Below, piece by piece: positions 1-9,832 of a DNA stretch of 64,000 bases. The first letter of the stretch is position 1. Each line of letters starts with the position of its first letter. A program made the translations under genes and the position numbers. The notes beneath the pieces were generated by a model. It searched no databases and had not been told where the DNA came from. It saw nothing but the letters and a program-made list of their open reading frames with translations. This stretch comes from an uncultured delta proteobacterium (lineage in GTDB: Bacteria > Desulfobacterota > Binatia > UBA9968), in assembly GCA_963745835.1 (NCBI GenBank), contig CAVUZH010000003.1, positions 384,001 to 448,000 of the forward strand, in the 5' to 3' direction.

Positions 1-2
1 TG

Positions 3-1175
3 ATCGAGGATAACATCCGATTCCCCGAATCATCGCTCGGCGATCTGCGCGCGCAGATCGCATGCTGCCGCACCGGCGAGGAACGCTTAGAGCAGATCTG
101 CCGAAAGTACGGCGGCGCGCGCTTTCAAGCAGCGGTGCAGGTGATTTGGCACCAGACCGACAAGCTCGTTCGCGAATCCGTTCGCGCCATTCCAGACGGT
201 GTCTATGAAGCGTCCTCGTTTCTCGACAACGACGGCAGAGATTTCTCAAAGACGGTGCCGATCAGGGTCAAAATCGAAGTGCAAGGCGATGAGCTCACGA
301 TTGATTATTCGGAAGTCAGTGATCAGGTGCCCGGGTTTATCAACTGCGGCGCATCCGGCGGCATGGCCGCTGCACGTGTCGCATTCAAAGCGCTCACTTC
401 ACCCCAGCGCGAAGTGAACGAAGGCTCGTTTTGCGCGCTCAAAGTTATTTTGCCGCCTGGCAAGTTGTTGAGCGCGCGCCGTCCGGCGCCGATCGGTGGC
501 TGGAGTCTTTCGCTACCGACGGTGCTCGACACGATCTTACGGGCGCTGGCGCCGGCGCTGCCGGATCGCGTGCCCGCGGCGCACAAAGGCGATATGGGCG
601 GCTACGCCATGTTCGGGACGCATCCGAGGACAGGAGTCCGGTATGTTTGTCAGAACATCATGGGCGGCGGCTGGGGTGGCAGGCCGTTCGAGGACGGCGC
701 GGCGGCATCGGTTTCGATGTGCCAGGGCGACGTGAAGAACACGCCGATTGAGCTGCAGGAGCTGTATTATCCACTGCTCTTCGATTGCCATCAGTTTCGC
801 GCCGACAGTGGCGGCGCCGGGAAATTTCGTGGTGGCAGCGGCCTCGAAGTGAAAGTCAAAGCGTTGCATGACGTCCTGGTCAGTCGCAACACGGATCGGA
901 TTCAATGCCCGCCTTGGGGATTGATGGGCGGAAAAGAAGGGCTAACAAATCAAACGGTGATCGAGCGCAATGGTAAGCAGGAAACATTGCCGGGAAAATT
1001 CAGCCATCTGCTGGTGAAACCGGGAGAAACGGTGATTTTTCTCACTGCCGGCGGCGGGGGCTATGGCGACCCCTCACAGCGCGATCAGTCCGCGTTAAAG
1101 CGCGATGTCGCGTTGGGGTATGTGTCGGCAAAAGCGTCAAGAGACACTTACTCCTGTCGCGGCCAAGGGTCTTGA
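3..1175 (+). CDS. Hydantoinase B/oxoprolinase family protein (5' truncated by the window edge)
   Basis: Frame is open from position 3 (IEDNIRFPESSLGDLRAQIA). Motifs IPDGVY, GGGWGGRP, NTPIE..E, DSGGAGKFRGG, TAGGGGYGDP. Confidence 0.9.
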   Translation: MEDNIRFPESSLGDLRAQIACCRTGEERLEQICRKYGGARFQAAVQVIWHQTDKLVRESVRAIPDGVYEASSFLDNDGRDFSKTVPIRVKIEVQGDELTIDYSEVSDQVPGFINCGASGGMAAARVAFKALTSPQREVNEGSFCALKVILPPGKLLSARRPAPIGGWSLSLPTVLDTILRALAPALPDRVPAAHKGDMGGYAMFGTHPRTGVRYVCQNIMGGGWGGRPFEDGAAASVSMCQGDVKNTPIELQELYYPLLFDCHQFRADSGGAGKFRGGSGLEVKVKALHDVLVSRNTDRIQCPPWGLMGGKEGLTNQTVIERNGKQETLPGKFSHLLVKPGETVIFLTAGGGGYGDPSQRDQSALKRDVALGYVSAKASRDTYSCRGQGS

Positions 1176-1464
1176 CGACGAGTCGGCGACAAGGCAATCC
1201 AGCCGTGCGGTAGCAGTCGACCGATGTGTCGATTTCGTATCCCATGGCCACGGCGCCGTTCCGGCCCGCGGCAACCCTTCACGAAGATGGAGCTGCGGCA
1301 TCGCGATTTTTGCCTTGACAGAAAAGTTGCCCCTGCACTGGAAAGCAAAAGGATCTTTCATCATCGGGTTCAGCTCATTCTTTGCAATTTCCCTATTCTA
1401 AAGTTTGCCTAATTAATTAGATGGGCTCCGATGCGTCGTCGTAATCTAGCTCACGGAGGTATTT

Positions 1465-2586
1465 ATGGCGAAAAACAGGTTCAAAGCGTTCGATAGCGAT
1501 ATGCATGTTTACGACCATCCGGATCTTTATACCAAGTACATGAATCCCAAGTGGGGCGAACGGATTCCTGTGGCGAAAGGGTGGAACAAGCACGGGCGGC
1601 CGCAGTTTTCCATCGGCGGCGGGACCAAGCTGCGGCCGCGCGAGGCGTTGCTTGATTATGGCGAACAGCGGGTGGAGGAGCGTTATGGCTTCGCTCTCGC
1701 GAGAGGGTACGACGCAGTATCGCAGGTTCAGGCGATGGATATGGAAGGGCTCGACGTCGCGGTTTTGTTTCGTACTTCGCCGCTCCATTGCGATGAGACC
1801 TTTGAGCCGGAATATGCCAATGATCTGTGCAAAGCGTGGAACAGCTGGATCGCGGATTTTTGCCGGATTAGCCCCAAGCGTTTGAAGGCGTCGGCGTTGA
1901 TCACCCTGCACGATGTCGATTTGGCAATAGAGGAGGTGCGCCGCGCTGTCAACGAGCTTGGCGTGTCCGGCCTTTCGCTTTGTCCCGAGCCGATCAACGG
2001 CAAATTCATTCATGACCGCCACTTCGATCCTCTGTGGGCGGAGATCGAGAAGCTCGGCGTTGCGCTTTGCTTTCATCCGCCGGCAAGACCAAAGCAGGAT
2101 CAAGTCGCCAATAAGTTTTTCGGTCATCCAAACGGTGATATCGTCGCCCTGGCACTGCGCAATCCAGTCGAATTGATTCTGGCCGTTTCCGAGTTTTGCG
2201 CCGGTGGAGTTCTGGAAAAGTTTCCCAAACTTCGGGTGGCGTTCCTGGAAGGTAACTGCGCCTGGTTGCCATGGCTGCTTTACCGGCTCGATGAGCGGGC
2301 AAAGTTACATGGTGCGCTGGCCGATGTGCCGTTATCAAAGAAGCCTAGCGATTACTTCTTTCAACAGTGTTTCATCTCCGTCGATCCCGACGAACATCTG
2401 GTTGCCGATGTGATTTCCCGCATCGGCGATAACAATATTCTAATCTCGACCGACTATCCCCATATCGACGCGGCTTTTCCACATGCGCTCGATGAATTTT
2501 TCGCGATCGAAGAGATGAGCGATGCGAGCCGCCGCAAAATACTTTGGGACAACTGCGTCCGGCTCTACGGCGTCACGGATTCGTGA
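1465..2586 (+). CDS. Amidohydrolase family protein (Amidohydro_2)
   Basis: DSDMH metal motif, FHP, FLEG, STDYPH, ILWDN; GGAGG RBS upstream. Confidence 0.88.
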   Translation: MAKNRFKAFDSDMHVYDHPDLYTKYMNPKWGERIPVAKGWNKHGRPQFSIGGGTKLRPREALLDYGEQRVEERYGFALARGYDAVSQVQAMDMEGLDVAVLFRTSPLHCDETFEPEYANDLCKAWNSWIADFCRISPKRLKASALITLHDVDLAIEEVRRAVNELGVSGLSLCPEPINGKFIHDRHFDPLWAEIEKLGVALCFHPPARPKQDQVANKFFGHPNGDIVALALRNPVELILAVSEFCAGGVLEKFPKLRVAFLEGNCAWLPWLLYRLDERAKLHGALADVPLSKKPSDYFFQQCFISVDPDEHLVADVISRIGDNNILISTDYPHIDAAFPHALDEFFAIEEMSDASRRKILWDNCVRLYGVTDS

Positions 2587-2619
2587 TCTTTATCTGAGAT
2601 CTAATTTCAAGGAGGAGAA

Positions 2620-3561
2620 ATGGGAACGACGTTAGTCACCGGCGCTGGATTAGTGGGTACCTCATTCGGGCAAGTCGCGCTGAAACGGGGCGAAAAGCTA
2701 ATTTATTTCGATCCTCAACCGCGCCGGGAATTTCTCGAGATGAAGCTGGGCAAAGGGAACTTTCAGGTGGTGCAAAAAGATGTACGCGACCTGCCGGCAT
2801 TGATCGAAGCGATTCAGTCGCACAAGGTCCAAACTCTTGTGCATACGGCTGGTTTGATCGGTTCGAGGGTCGCGGAATCGTTGTACACGGGATTTCACAT
2901 AAACGTCGTCGGGACGATGAATGTCGCCGAAGCTGTTCGTTTAACCGGCGTAAAACGAATGGTCCACATCAGCACCTTCGGTGTTTACGACTGGCGTAAA
3001 GAAGCTTCCGAACCGGTCACGGAGGACTTCTATAAGGGGAGCGGTGTGCCTTACGGCAATTCCAAAGTCGCCAAGGAACTACTGCTGGAGGCTTACCAGC
3101 GAATGCACAAGTTTGAGCTAATGGTAATTCGTCCGGCCAATGTTTACGGCCTGGGTCATTTCTGGTCTGGTTCCGGCGGCGGTGAAAAGATACAAGCTTT
3201 GCTGGTGAGCGGGCTCAAAGGCGAGACCGCCAAGATTCCCGAAGAACAAACCATGGCCTTCGAATACATTTATTGCAAGGACCTGGGTCGCGCCGTTGAT
3301 CTGGCGGCGACTGTTCCCCAGCCCGAGAAAAACACTTTCAATATCGGCGAGGGCAAAGTTACGCAATTCGAGGAAATCGTTGCGACTGTGAAAAAACTCT
3401 TGCCGAAGTGTTCTGTAGAAATTATCCCAGGGACGCCCCCGGTCTCACGCACCCAGCATCTCGACATCAGCCGGGCGAAGAAATATCTCGGCTGGGAACC
3501 GCAATACACGATGGAACAGGGATTCAAGGACTATATGGAGGATCTGAAGAAGACCCTGTAG
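2620..3561 (+). CDS. NAD-dependent epimerase/dehydratase (extended SDR)
   Basis: VTGAGLVG Rossmann motif, YGNSK catalytic YxxxK, RPANVYG; AGGAGG RBS. Confidence 0.88.
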   Translation: MGTTLVTGAGLVGTSFGQVALKRGEKLIYFDPQPRREFLEMKLGKGNFQVVQKDVRDLPALIEAIQSHKVQTLVHTAGLIGSRVAESLYTGFHINVVGTMNVAEAVRLTGVKRMVHISTFGVYDWRKEASEPVTEDFYKGSGVPYGNSKVAKELLLEAYQRMHKFELMVIRPANVYGLGHFWSGSGGGEKIQALLVSGLKGETAKIPEEQTMAFEYIYCKDLGRAVDLAATVPQPEKNTFNIGEGKVTQFEEIVATVKKLLPKCSVEIIPGTPPVSRTQHLDISRAKKYLGWEPQYTMEQGFKDYMEDLKKTL

Positions 3562-3897
3562 CGGAACGGCGGGCGTGAAGGCAGGAGTGTTCGCTTAGCT
3601 CAGCATGGCACCGATAGTTCCGCGGTTCGCAACAACCAAAGAATTGACTGACGACGTCGTGAAGAACGGATTAAAAGCATTGGATATCAATCTGCATCTC
3701 TAGCATCCGTCATCTGTACTCAAACGATATGGATAAGCGACGTTGACTATAATCTTCACCGATTATTCACAGGTCGATGCACACTTTCCCCGCAATTGAC
3801 GAGTTCTTGTGATTCGACGGTAACAGCTATACGAGTCCTCGGAAAATTTTGTGAGAAAATTGCGCCAAGCTTTGCGAGATGCGGCAGGAGGTGCTCA

Positions 3898-4887
3898 ATG
3901 ATAAAATTCGCGGGGATTTCGGCTATGGCTTTAACCCTTTTAACCTCGCCGATTGCTGCGTGGGGCGCGGAGGGAACCTCGAAAGCCGTATTCGCCTATG
4001 GAGCCATCAATGCCTACATGACCACGACCTGGGTGGCGCGCGAACAGGGATTTTTCCGTAAACACAGCGTGGAAGTGGAGCCGGTGTTCATTATCGCCAG
4101 CCGGGCTGCGCAGGCGATGCTTGCCGGTGAGGTTCACGTCGGTCTCATCGGCCCGACCCATGTTACCAACGCAGTTGCCGCGGGCGGCGATCTGGTAATG
4201 TTCCTCGGGAACCAGAACAATGTCCGATACATCATGGTAGTGCACCGTGACATAAAGAGGCATGAAGACTTAAAGGGCAAGAGAATCGCGATCGGAGCCA
4301 GCCAGGCGGGTTTAGCCTCATTGGCGACCCATGCGGCGCTTGATCACATGGGTCTTAGCGCGCGCCGAGACAACATCGCACTCCTGCTGATTGGCGAAGA
4401 ACCGATACGATTGGCCGCGCTGCAGGCTGGCAATGTACAGGCGACTCTAATTGCACCGGAACTGGCCAACACAGCCACAAGCCAGGGCTTCAGCATCCTA
4501 CTCGATATGGCCAAGCTCAACATCCCGTTTCAAGCAAGCGGTATGGTGACAACGCGCAAGCTCTTGCGCTCTGATCCGCTGATGCTCGAACGCGTCGGCA
4601 GGGCGACGGCCGATGCCATAAAGTTCATAGTTGCACCGCCAAATAAAAAAGCAGTTCTGAAAATCATGAGCAAGAATCTCAAGCTCGCGAAACCGGATCG
4701 ACTGGAAGCATCCTATGATGATCTTGTCGAAGAGTTGCCTCGCAGCATCTGCCCGACCGTGGCGGGAGTGCGTTCGGTCATGAAGTTTATGGCCGAGCTC
4801 GGCCTCAATCCTAAGGCGGCGGAGTTCAAGACCGATGACGTGGTGGATCTAACCTTGTGTAAGCGGTTGGGAGGGGACGGGCTGTGA
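3898..4887 (+). CDS. ABC substrate-binding protein, SsuA/THI5-like
   Basis: Signal peptide from ATG 3898, WVAREQGFFRKH, DLKGKRIAIG. Confidence 0.85.
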   Translation: MIKFAGISAMALTLLTSPIAAWGAEGTSKAVFAYGAINAYMTTTWVAREQGFFRKHSVEVEPVFIIASRAAQAMLAGEVHVGLIGPTHVTNAVAAGGDLVMFLGNQNNVRYIMVVHRDIKRHEDLKGKRIAIGASQAGLASLATHAALDHMGLSARRDNIALLLIGEEPIRLAALQAGNVQATLIAPELANTATSQGFSILLDMAKLNIPFQASGMVTTRKLLRSDPLMLERVGRATADAIKFIVAPPNKKAVLKIMSKNLKLAKPDRLEASYDDLVEELPRSICPTVAGVRSVMKFMAELGLNPKAAEFKTDDVVDLTLCKRLGGDGL

Positions 4888-5197
4888 AAAACCGCGCGGT
4901 TGGTTTTATTCGATTGCGTTAATCGTCTGCTCTGGATTTCGCTTGTTTAAAACCAACTAACAACAAGGTTTGTTCCGAAAAAACTCCGACGAGAAATCTG
5001 CCTTACCAGATAGATCCGAAAAGCGGTGTGACGATGACCACGCGAGGCAAGGTGCTTCGAGGAAGTTTTTGCAGGCTTGCTTTCTTTGACCTATGAGTCT
5101 CGCTTTTGGCCGCTGCCGAAGTCGGGGAAGCGGCGCGACGAAAGACTCCAGTGATCAAGCTCCGCGAGACCGTTACAACTGACCTGAAGGAGAGTTT

Positions 5198-6178
5198 ATG
5201 AACATCAAATTTGCTCTTTTTGCCATGCTCCTCGCATTAGCGGTTGCGAAGCCGATCGACGCAGAAATCATCAACTTCAGCACTGCCAGTGATTCCGGTA
5301 ATACCGCGCCCTTATGGATCGCCGCGGATCTGGGTTTTTTTGAGAAATACGGCAATACAGTTCGCCTCGTGTTCATCCAGGGTGCCACCGTTTCGATTTC
5401 CGCTCTTCTCAACAACGATGTGCACATGGCGCAGTTTTCGCCGATGCTGGCGATCGCCAATAACATAAAGGGAATGGATTTCACTATAACGATGAGCTTC
5501 AACCAGTTCATGGACAACAACGTCTTTGGTAGAAAAGGAATCACCGACGTCAAGCAGATCAAGAGTCTGGCAATCGGCCGCTATGGGAGTTCGTCGGACT
5601 TCATGGGCCGTTTCCTGCTGCAGAGGGAGGGCTTGAAGCCGGAGAGCGAGGTAGCTTTACTCCAGTTCGGAAACCAAACCGGCCGGCTGCTTGCCGTCGA
5701 AGCCGGGCGCGCCGATGCTGCTATCGTCACGCCGCCAATCACGTTGATGGCGAGAAAAAAGGGATTTCCTCTTCTGATCGATGCCTCTCGTTTAAAGATT
5801 CCCTACACCAGCGCGGTGGTGGTCACGCGAAAATCCTTCATTCAAGCTAACCGGCCGGTGGTGGTCAATTTCATGAAGGGCTTGATCGAAGGGATTTGCT
5901 ATTACAAAACCCACAAGGAGCAAAGCTTCAAGGTGATGAGCAAATACATGCGCATTCAGGATCGAGAGGTTTTGGAGGAAAACTTTCGCGCTTACGATCA
6001 CAGTCTTCGCCCGTATGCTACGGATGCGGAATTGGAAATTCCCATTCAAGAGGTAAGTAAGAGTGAACCCAAGGCCGTTAAAGCGAACCCTGCTCAGTTC
6101 GTCGATCACTCGATCCTCAAAGAACTGGAAACGACCGGTTTCATCGATCGCATGGTGACGCAGTACGGTCTAAAATAA
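5198..6178 (+). CDS. ABC substrate-binding protein, SsuA/THI5-like
   Basis: AAGGAG RBS, signal peptide, PLWIAADLGFFEKYG, C-terminal FVDHSILKELE. Confidence 0.87.
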   Translation: MNIKFALFAMLLALAVAKPIDAEIINFSTASDSGNTAPLWIAADLGFFEKYGNTVRLVFIQGATVSISALLNNDVHMAQFSPMLAIANNIKGMDFTITMSFNQFMDNNVFGRKGITDVKQIKSLAIGRYGSSSDFMGRFLLQREGLKPESEVALLQFGNQTGRLLAVEAGRADAAIVTPPITLMARKKGFPLLIDASRLKIPYTSAVVVTRKSFIQANRPVVVNFMKGLIEGICYYKTHKEQSFKVMSKYMRIQDREVLEENFRAYDHSLRPYATDAELEIPIQEVSKSEPKAVKANPAQFVDHSILKELETTGFIDRMVTQYGLK

Positions 6179-6186
6179 GCGGGTGA

Positions 6187-6239
6187 TTCACCGCTTTCGC
6201 CAGGCTCCGCCGCAGAGTAGGGAAATGGCAACTCTGCGC
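6187..6239. repeat. REP-like hairpin (CGCAGAGT...ACTCTGCG) between convergent genes
   Basis: Inverted repeat is visible; shares TTCACCGC and CGCAGAG words with the 30408-30492 element. Confidence 0.45.
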
Positions 6240-6280
6240 GATCCGCTGGTCGGCAGGGCTCTTTCGTGCTAGCCGACTAT

Positions 6281-7189
6281 TCACGGCACTGATGTGCACT
6301 GCAGATCGGCGCCAATCGTCAGGGGACCTGTATAGAACTTCTTCAGTTCAGCGATGGCAGCATCAAGATTAAACTGACCGATGTGACTGAGAATCAGTCG
6401 CCCAACGCCCGCTTCTTGTGCGACACGACCGACGACCGCAGGTGAAGCGTGGAGAGGACTAGTTTCGCCTGCTGCAATGGCGAGATGCATGATCAGGACG
6501 TTTGCTCCCTTCGCGAACTCGACGAATCTCGGGTTGGTACCGGTCTGATCGGAGCTGAATACGATTGAGACGTCGCGTGTTTGAACGCGGTACGCCAGGG
6601 CCGGAAGATTGCCGTGCGGTATTCCCAACGCAGTCACGGTCACTCCCTGCCCGTCGAACACTTCTAACGGTTCGGTTTTTGTCACATCAACGACGCCGAC
6701 ATCGAGACGAACACCTCCTCCCGCTTTTCCCGGCGTGGCACCCAACGTGGGGCCGAGCACTTGAAATGCGCCATTCTTCTCATCGAATAAGCGACTGAGA
6801 AACGTCGGAAAGCTCGGCGCCACGTCGTTACCGGAAGGACCCACTATGGGCAACGAGTTCTTGCGAGCCTGATGGCTCAACCACAGCAGGGCGGGCAGGT
6901 CAGAAACGTGATCGGGATGAAGATGGCTTATCGCAACCAACGACAGGTCGCTAAGCTTCGCTTGGCTTTGGCCAAAGCGAAGGAAGGCTCCCCCGCCAAT
7001 ATCGACAAGTATCCTCGCCTGAGCATCGATCCAAAGGAGATAACTGGATGACGCGCGATCGGGGTTGACCCTGGGTCCACCAGAACCCAGGATTTGGACT
7101 GCTACCGGACTGTCGGCGCAGCTTTGAGCCAACGCGCTGGCCGGGATGAAGAGAAGCGCGAGCAAGCTAACAATCACAAATTGAATCAT
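6281..7189 (-). CDS. Secreted MBL-fold metallo-hydrolase (RNase Z/arylsulfatase-like)
   Basis: Signal peptide MIQFVIV..., LGSGGP, SHLHPDH (HxHxDH), later H/D ligands. Start re-assigned to ATG 7189. Confidence 0.85.
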   Translation of the reverse strand: MIQFVIVSLLALLFIPASALAQSCADSPVAVQILGSGGPRVNPDRASSSYLLWIDAQARILVDIGGGAFLRFGQSQAKLSDLSLVAISHLHPDHVSDLPALLWLSHQARKNSLPIVGPSGNDVAPSFPTFLSRLFDEKNGAFQVLGPTLGATPGKAGGGVRLDVGVVDVTKTEPLEVFDGQGVTVTALGIPHGNLPALAYRVQTRDVSIVFSSDQTGTNPRFVEFAKGANVLIMHLAIAAGETSPLHASPAVVGRVAQEAGVGRLILSHIGQFNLDAAIAELKKFYTGPLTIGADLQCTSVP

Positions 7190-7234
7190 GAGTGCAGCTC
7201 CGTATACCTGAGCAGGTCTCAGAAATTGTAAAGA

Positions 7235-7331
7235 ACCTGACGCGCCACCCGAGCTCAGCGACCCGGCCGACGAGGGCGTCCGGTGCAACCGGAGCGCGAT
7301 GGCCGGGGTTCGCTGCAGCGCATGGTTAGGC
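7235..7331 (-). mobile_element. Degenerate integron attC-like recombination site
   Basis: Minus strand reads GCCTAAC (RYYYAAC), GCTGCAGC, imperfect palindrome CCGGCC...GGCCGG, GCTGAGC, then a degenerate core GTCAGGT instead of GTTRRRY. Confidence 0.6.
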
Positions 7332-7406
7332 CACACGGTGTTTATCAAACTCATCGTGAACATAGTTTTCGCAAACTCGGCAAATGCGATTCGATCCTAT
7401 CGAATG

Positions 7407-7721
7407 TTACTTGCCTTTTAGCCCATCACGGAAGGCAATCGCTTCAAGCTCCACCCGGACAGCGTCCATAACGGGAACCACGGGTCGCGCCTCGAATTCA
7501 AATGCAGGCAACATCGAGCAGAACTTGTGAACCGCCAACGGATCGTCGCAATCCAACATCATATACCCACCCCAATCGCCTACCCGCACCACGAACAACT
7601 CGATCTTGAAATTGTCGGGCGCCTTCCATTGAGTGAAAACCTCCAGTATTCGCTTCTGGGCATTCTCGTATTCCGTAGGCGATCCTTGCGGACGCTCGAA
7701 CCAGCTGATCATGTACTTCAT
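7407..7721 (-). CDS. DUF3303-like small protein
   Basis: MKYMISW...FEARPV pattern; AAAGGAGG RBS. Confidence 0.7.
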   Translation of the reverse strand: MKYMISWFERPQGSPTEYENAQKRILEVFTQWKAPDNFKIELFVVRVGDWGGYMMLDCDDPLAVHKFCSMLPAFEFEARPVVPVMDAVRVELEAIAFRDGLKGK

Positions 7722-8203
7722 CGGTATCCTCCTTTATTGAGTTGATGTCATCGGAACCGTAGTCGTTTAAACGGGCTAACCAGCGAGAATACGGACCAGT
7801 ATATTAACGATTAACAAAATCACAGTTGTGCAACTTTGACCTTTTCGACCAACAACTTGTCAATTCAGTTTGCATTCGCGGTTTGTCCAATATACCTGAT
7901 CTGTATAGTACCAATATACCTGCACAGATCCGGCTCGCTCACAATCCATACGCCGCACTCCGAACCCCTTTGCCACTTCGATTTAAGACGTGGGTGCAAA
8001 TCATCCTAGTGCTCACATCATTATGACCCAAAGGTCTTGGAGCGCTCCTTTCCTGAGGTCGGACAAACTCTGAAGCCACGTCGTGGCGTTGCTCTTCGAC
8101 TTCTTTCTCTGGTAGAAATTCTCGAATTGAACCGGATTACGAAGTTCGCCGCTTGCACAATTGCCATACCAGATTTCGTTGGTTGCGGCTGAAAGGGCGA
8201 TTC

Positions 8204-9829
8204 ATGGGTCTTCATTATGATTGGATAGCAGTTGGCTCGGGAGCGTCAGGTTTGGCCAGTGCCTTATGGGCGGCACATCGCGGTCTAAAGGCGGTCGTCG
8301 TAGAGAAAGCGGCTGTCGTAGGCGGTGCCACCGCATATTCTTACGGCGGACTTTGGGCGCCCAACAATGCGCTTCAGCGCGCCGCCGGGCTGCACGATTC
8401 TACTGAACAGGGGCTCAAATACCTGCGCTTCCTTTCGGGCGGATTTGCTGAAGAAGAAAAAATGCGCCTGTACGCAACAGAAGCGGCCGTAACGATTGAG
8501 GCATTCGCCCGACTGGGTGTTCCATTTCGAATTATCGAGGGTCTTCCCGACCATTACTTTCCGGGTGCGCCGGGTTCACTCGGTCTCGGTCGCACACTCG
8601 AAGTAGTGCCGCTGCCAAAGAATGCCCTGCCTGAGGGCGCTCCCGCTCTTTTGGAAAGCCCGTACATGCCTGGAGGCGTTTCCTGGTCTGATGCAATAAA
8701 ATGGGGAGGACTTGGCAATCGTTATTTTTGGGCTCGTGAAAACCTCGAGCATGCGGCGTCTCTCTATGCGGCGGGTCAAGGATTGGTGGCGTGGCTGCTC
8801 CTGAAGTGTTTAGAAAAAGGCGTGACCGTTTTGACGCAATCGCCGGCGACAAGGCTCCTGCTGGAGGACGGCGGGATCGCTGGTGCTGAAATAAAAATGG
8901 GAGGCAAAGCCCAACAGATCCAAAGTGATTGCGGCGTCTTTCTCGGCACCGGTGGATATGAAAGCAACCCTGAGTTCGTTCGCGCTTACCAATCGTTTCC
9001 TAATTCCGCTCCGCACCATCCGCCGACCCAGACGGGTGACGGACTCCTCATGGCCGGAGAACTTGGAGCGTTTATTCGGAATATTCCGACCAGCTTGAGT
9101 TCCATGGTCGGCTACTGGATCCCGCGCCCCGGCGGTGAGCCTGAATTTCACTCGGCCGGCATTCAGGAATTGGCCTATCCTCATTCCATCGTGGTGAATT
9201 CTGAAGGCGAGCGATTTGGCAATGAGGCCTTCTTTCAAGAGTTTGTCGTAAAGCTCAGAGAATTTGATGTAGTCACGAAACATCGCTATGCAAACATTCC
9301 TTTCTTTTTGCTGTTTGATTCTCAATTTAGAGAGCGCTATCCGTTTGCCAATATTCCGCCCGGGACGCCGCTGCCGGATTGGGTCAAGCGAGCTGAGTCG
9401 CTTGCCGATCTCGCAGGGCAATTGGACATTGATGCGGGGCAACTTCAGCAAACGGTGGCCAGGTTCAATGATAACGCTCGCGCGGGATTGGATTCGGAAT
9501 TTGGTCGCGGTCAGTCTTTATGGATTCGCAAAGTCGGCGATACGAAACACCCGATCAACCCCAACTTGGGGCCGCTGGAAAAGGCGCCGTTCTACGGGGT
9601 GGAACTGACGCCTACGGAATCATCATCTGCCGGGCTTTATACGGACGTTCACGGCCGAGTCATGCATTTGCGCGGACACGCAATCCCGCACTTATACGCG
9701 GGCGGCACCGTGAGGGTACGCACGGAGTATGGTGCCGGCTATCAGGCGGGTCTAACTTTGCTTGGCGGGATGACCTTTGGAAGGATCGCCGTCGAGCATG
9801 GACTGGTTAGCGATAGGAAGCGGAGCTGA
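8204..9829 (+). CDS. FAD-dependent oxidoreductase, 3-ketosteroid-delta1-dehydrogenase/FAD_binding_2-like
   Basis: VGSGASG, EK..VGGATAYSYGGLW, GTGGYESN, TGDG, NPNLGPLEKAPFY, MTFGRIA. Confidence 0.85.
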   Translation: MGLHYDWIAVGSGASGLASALWAAHRGLKAVVVEKAAVVGGATAYSYGGLWAPNNALQRAAGLHDSTEQGLKYLRFLSGGFAEEEKMRLYATEAAVTIEAFARLGVPFRIIEGLPDHYFPGAPGSLGLGRTLEVVPLPKNALPEGAPALLESPYMPGGVSWSDAIKWGGLGNRYFWARENLEHAASLYAAGQGLVAWLLLKCLEKGVTVLTQSPATRLLLEDGGIAGAEIKMGGKAQQIQSDCGVFLGTGGYESNPEFVRAYQSFPNSAPHHPPTQTGDGLLMAGELGAFIRNIPTSLSSMVGYWIPRPGGEPEFHSAGIQELAYPHSIVVNSEGERFGNEAFFQEFVVKLREFDVVTKHRYANIPFFLLFDSQFRERYPFANIPPGTPLPDWVKRAESLADLAGQLDIDAGQLQQTVARFNDNARAGLDSEFGRGQSLWIRKVGDTKHPINPNLGPLEKAPFYGVELTPTESSSAGLYTDVHGRVMHLRGHAIPHLYAGGTVRVRTEYGAGYQAGLTLLGGMTFGRIAVEHGLVSDRKRS

Positions 9830-9832
9830 GAC

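Noticed and set aside
3605-3703. 32-aa ORF MAPIVPRF...
   Set aside because: The RBS is poorly spaced and there is no recognisable similarity.
7190-7363. N-terminal extension of the MBL hydrolase ORF
   Set aside because: It translates through the attC-like palindrome; the real signal peptide starts at 7189.
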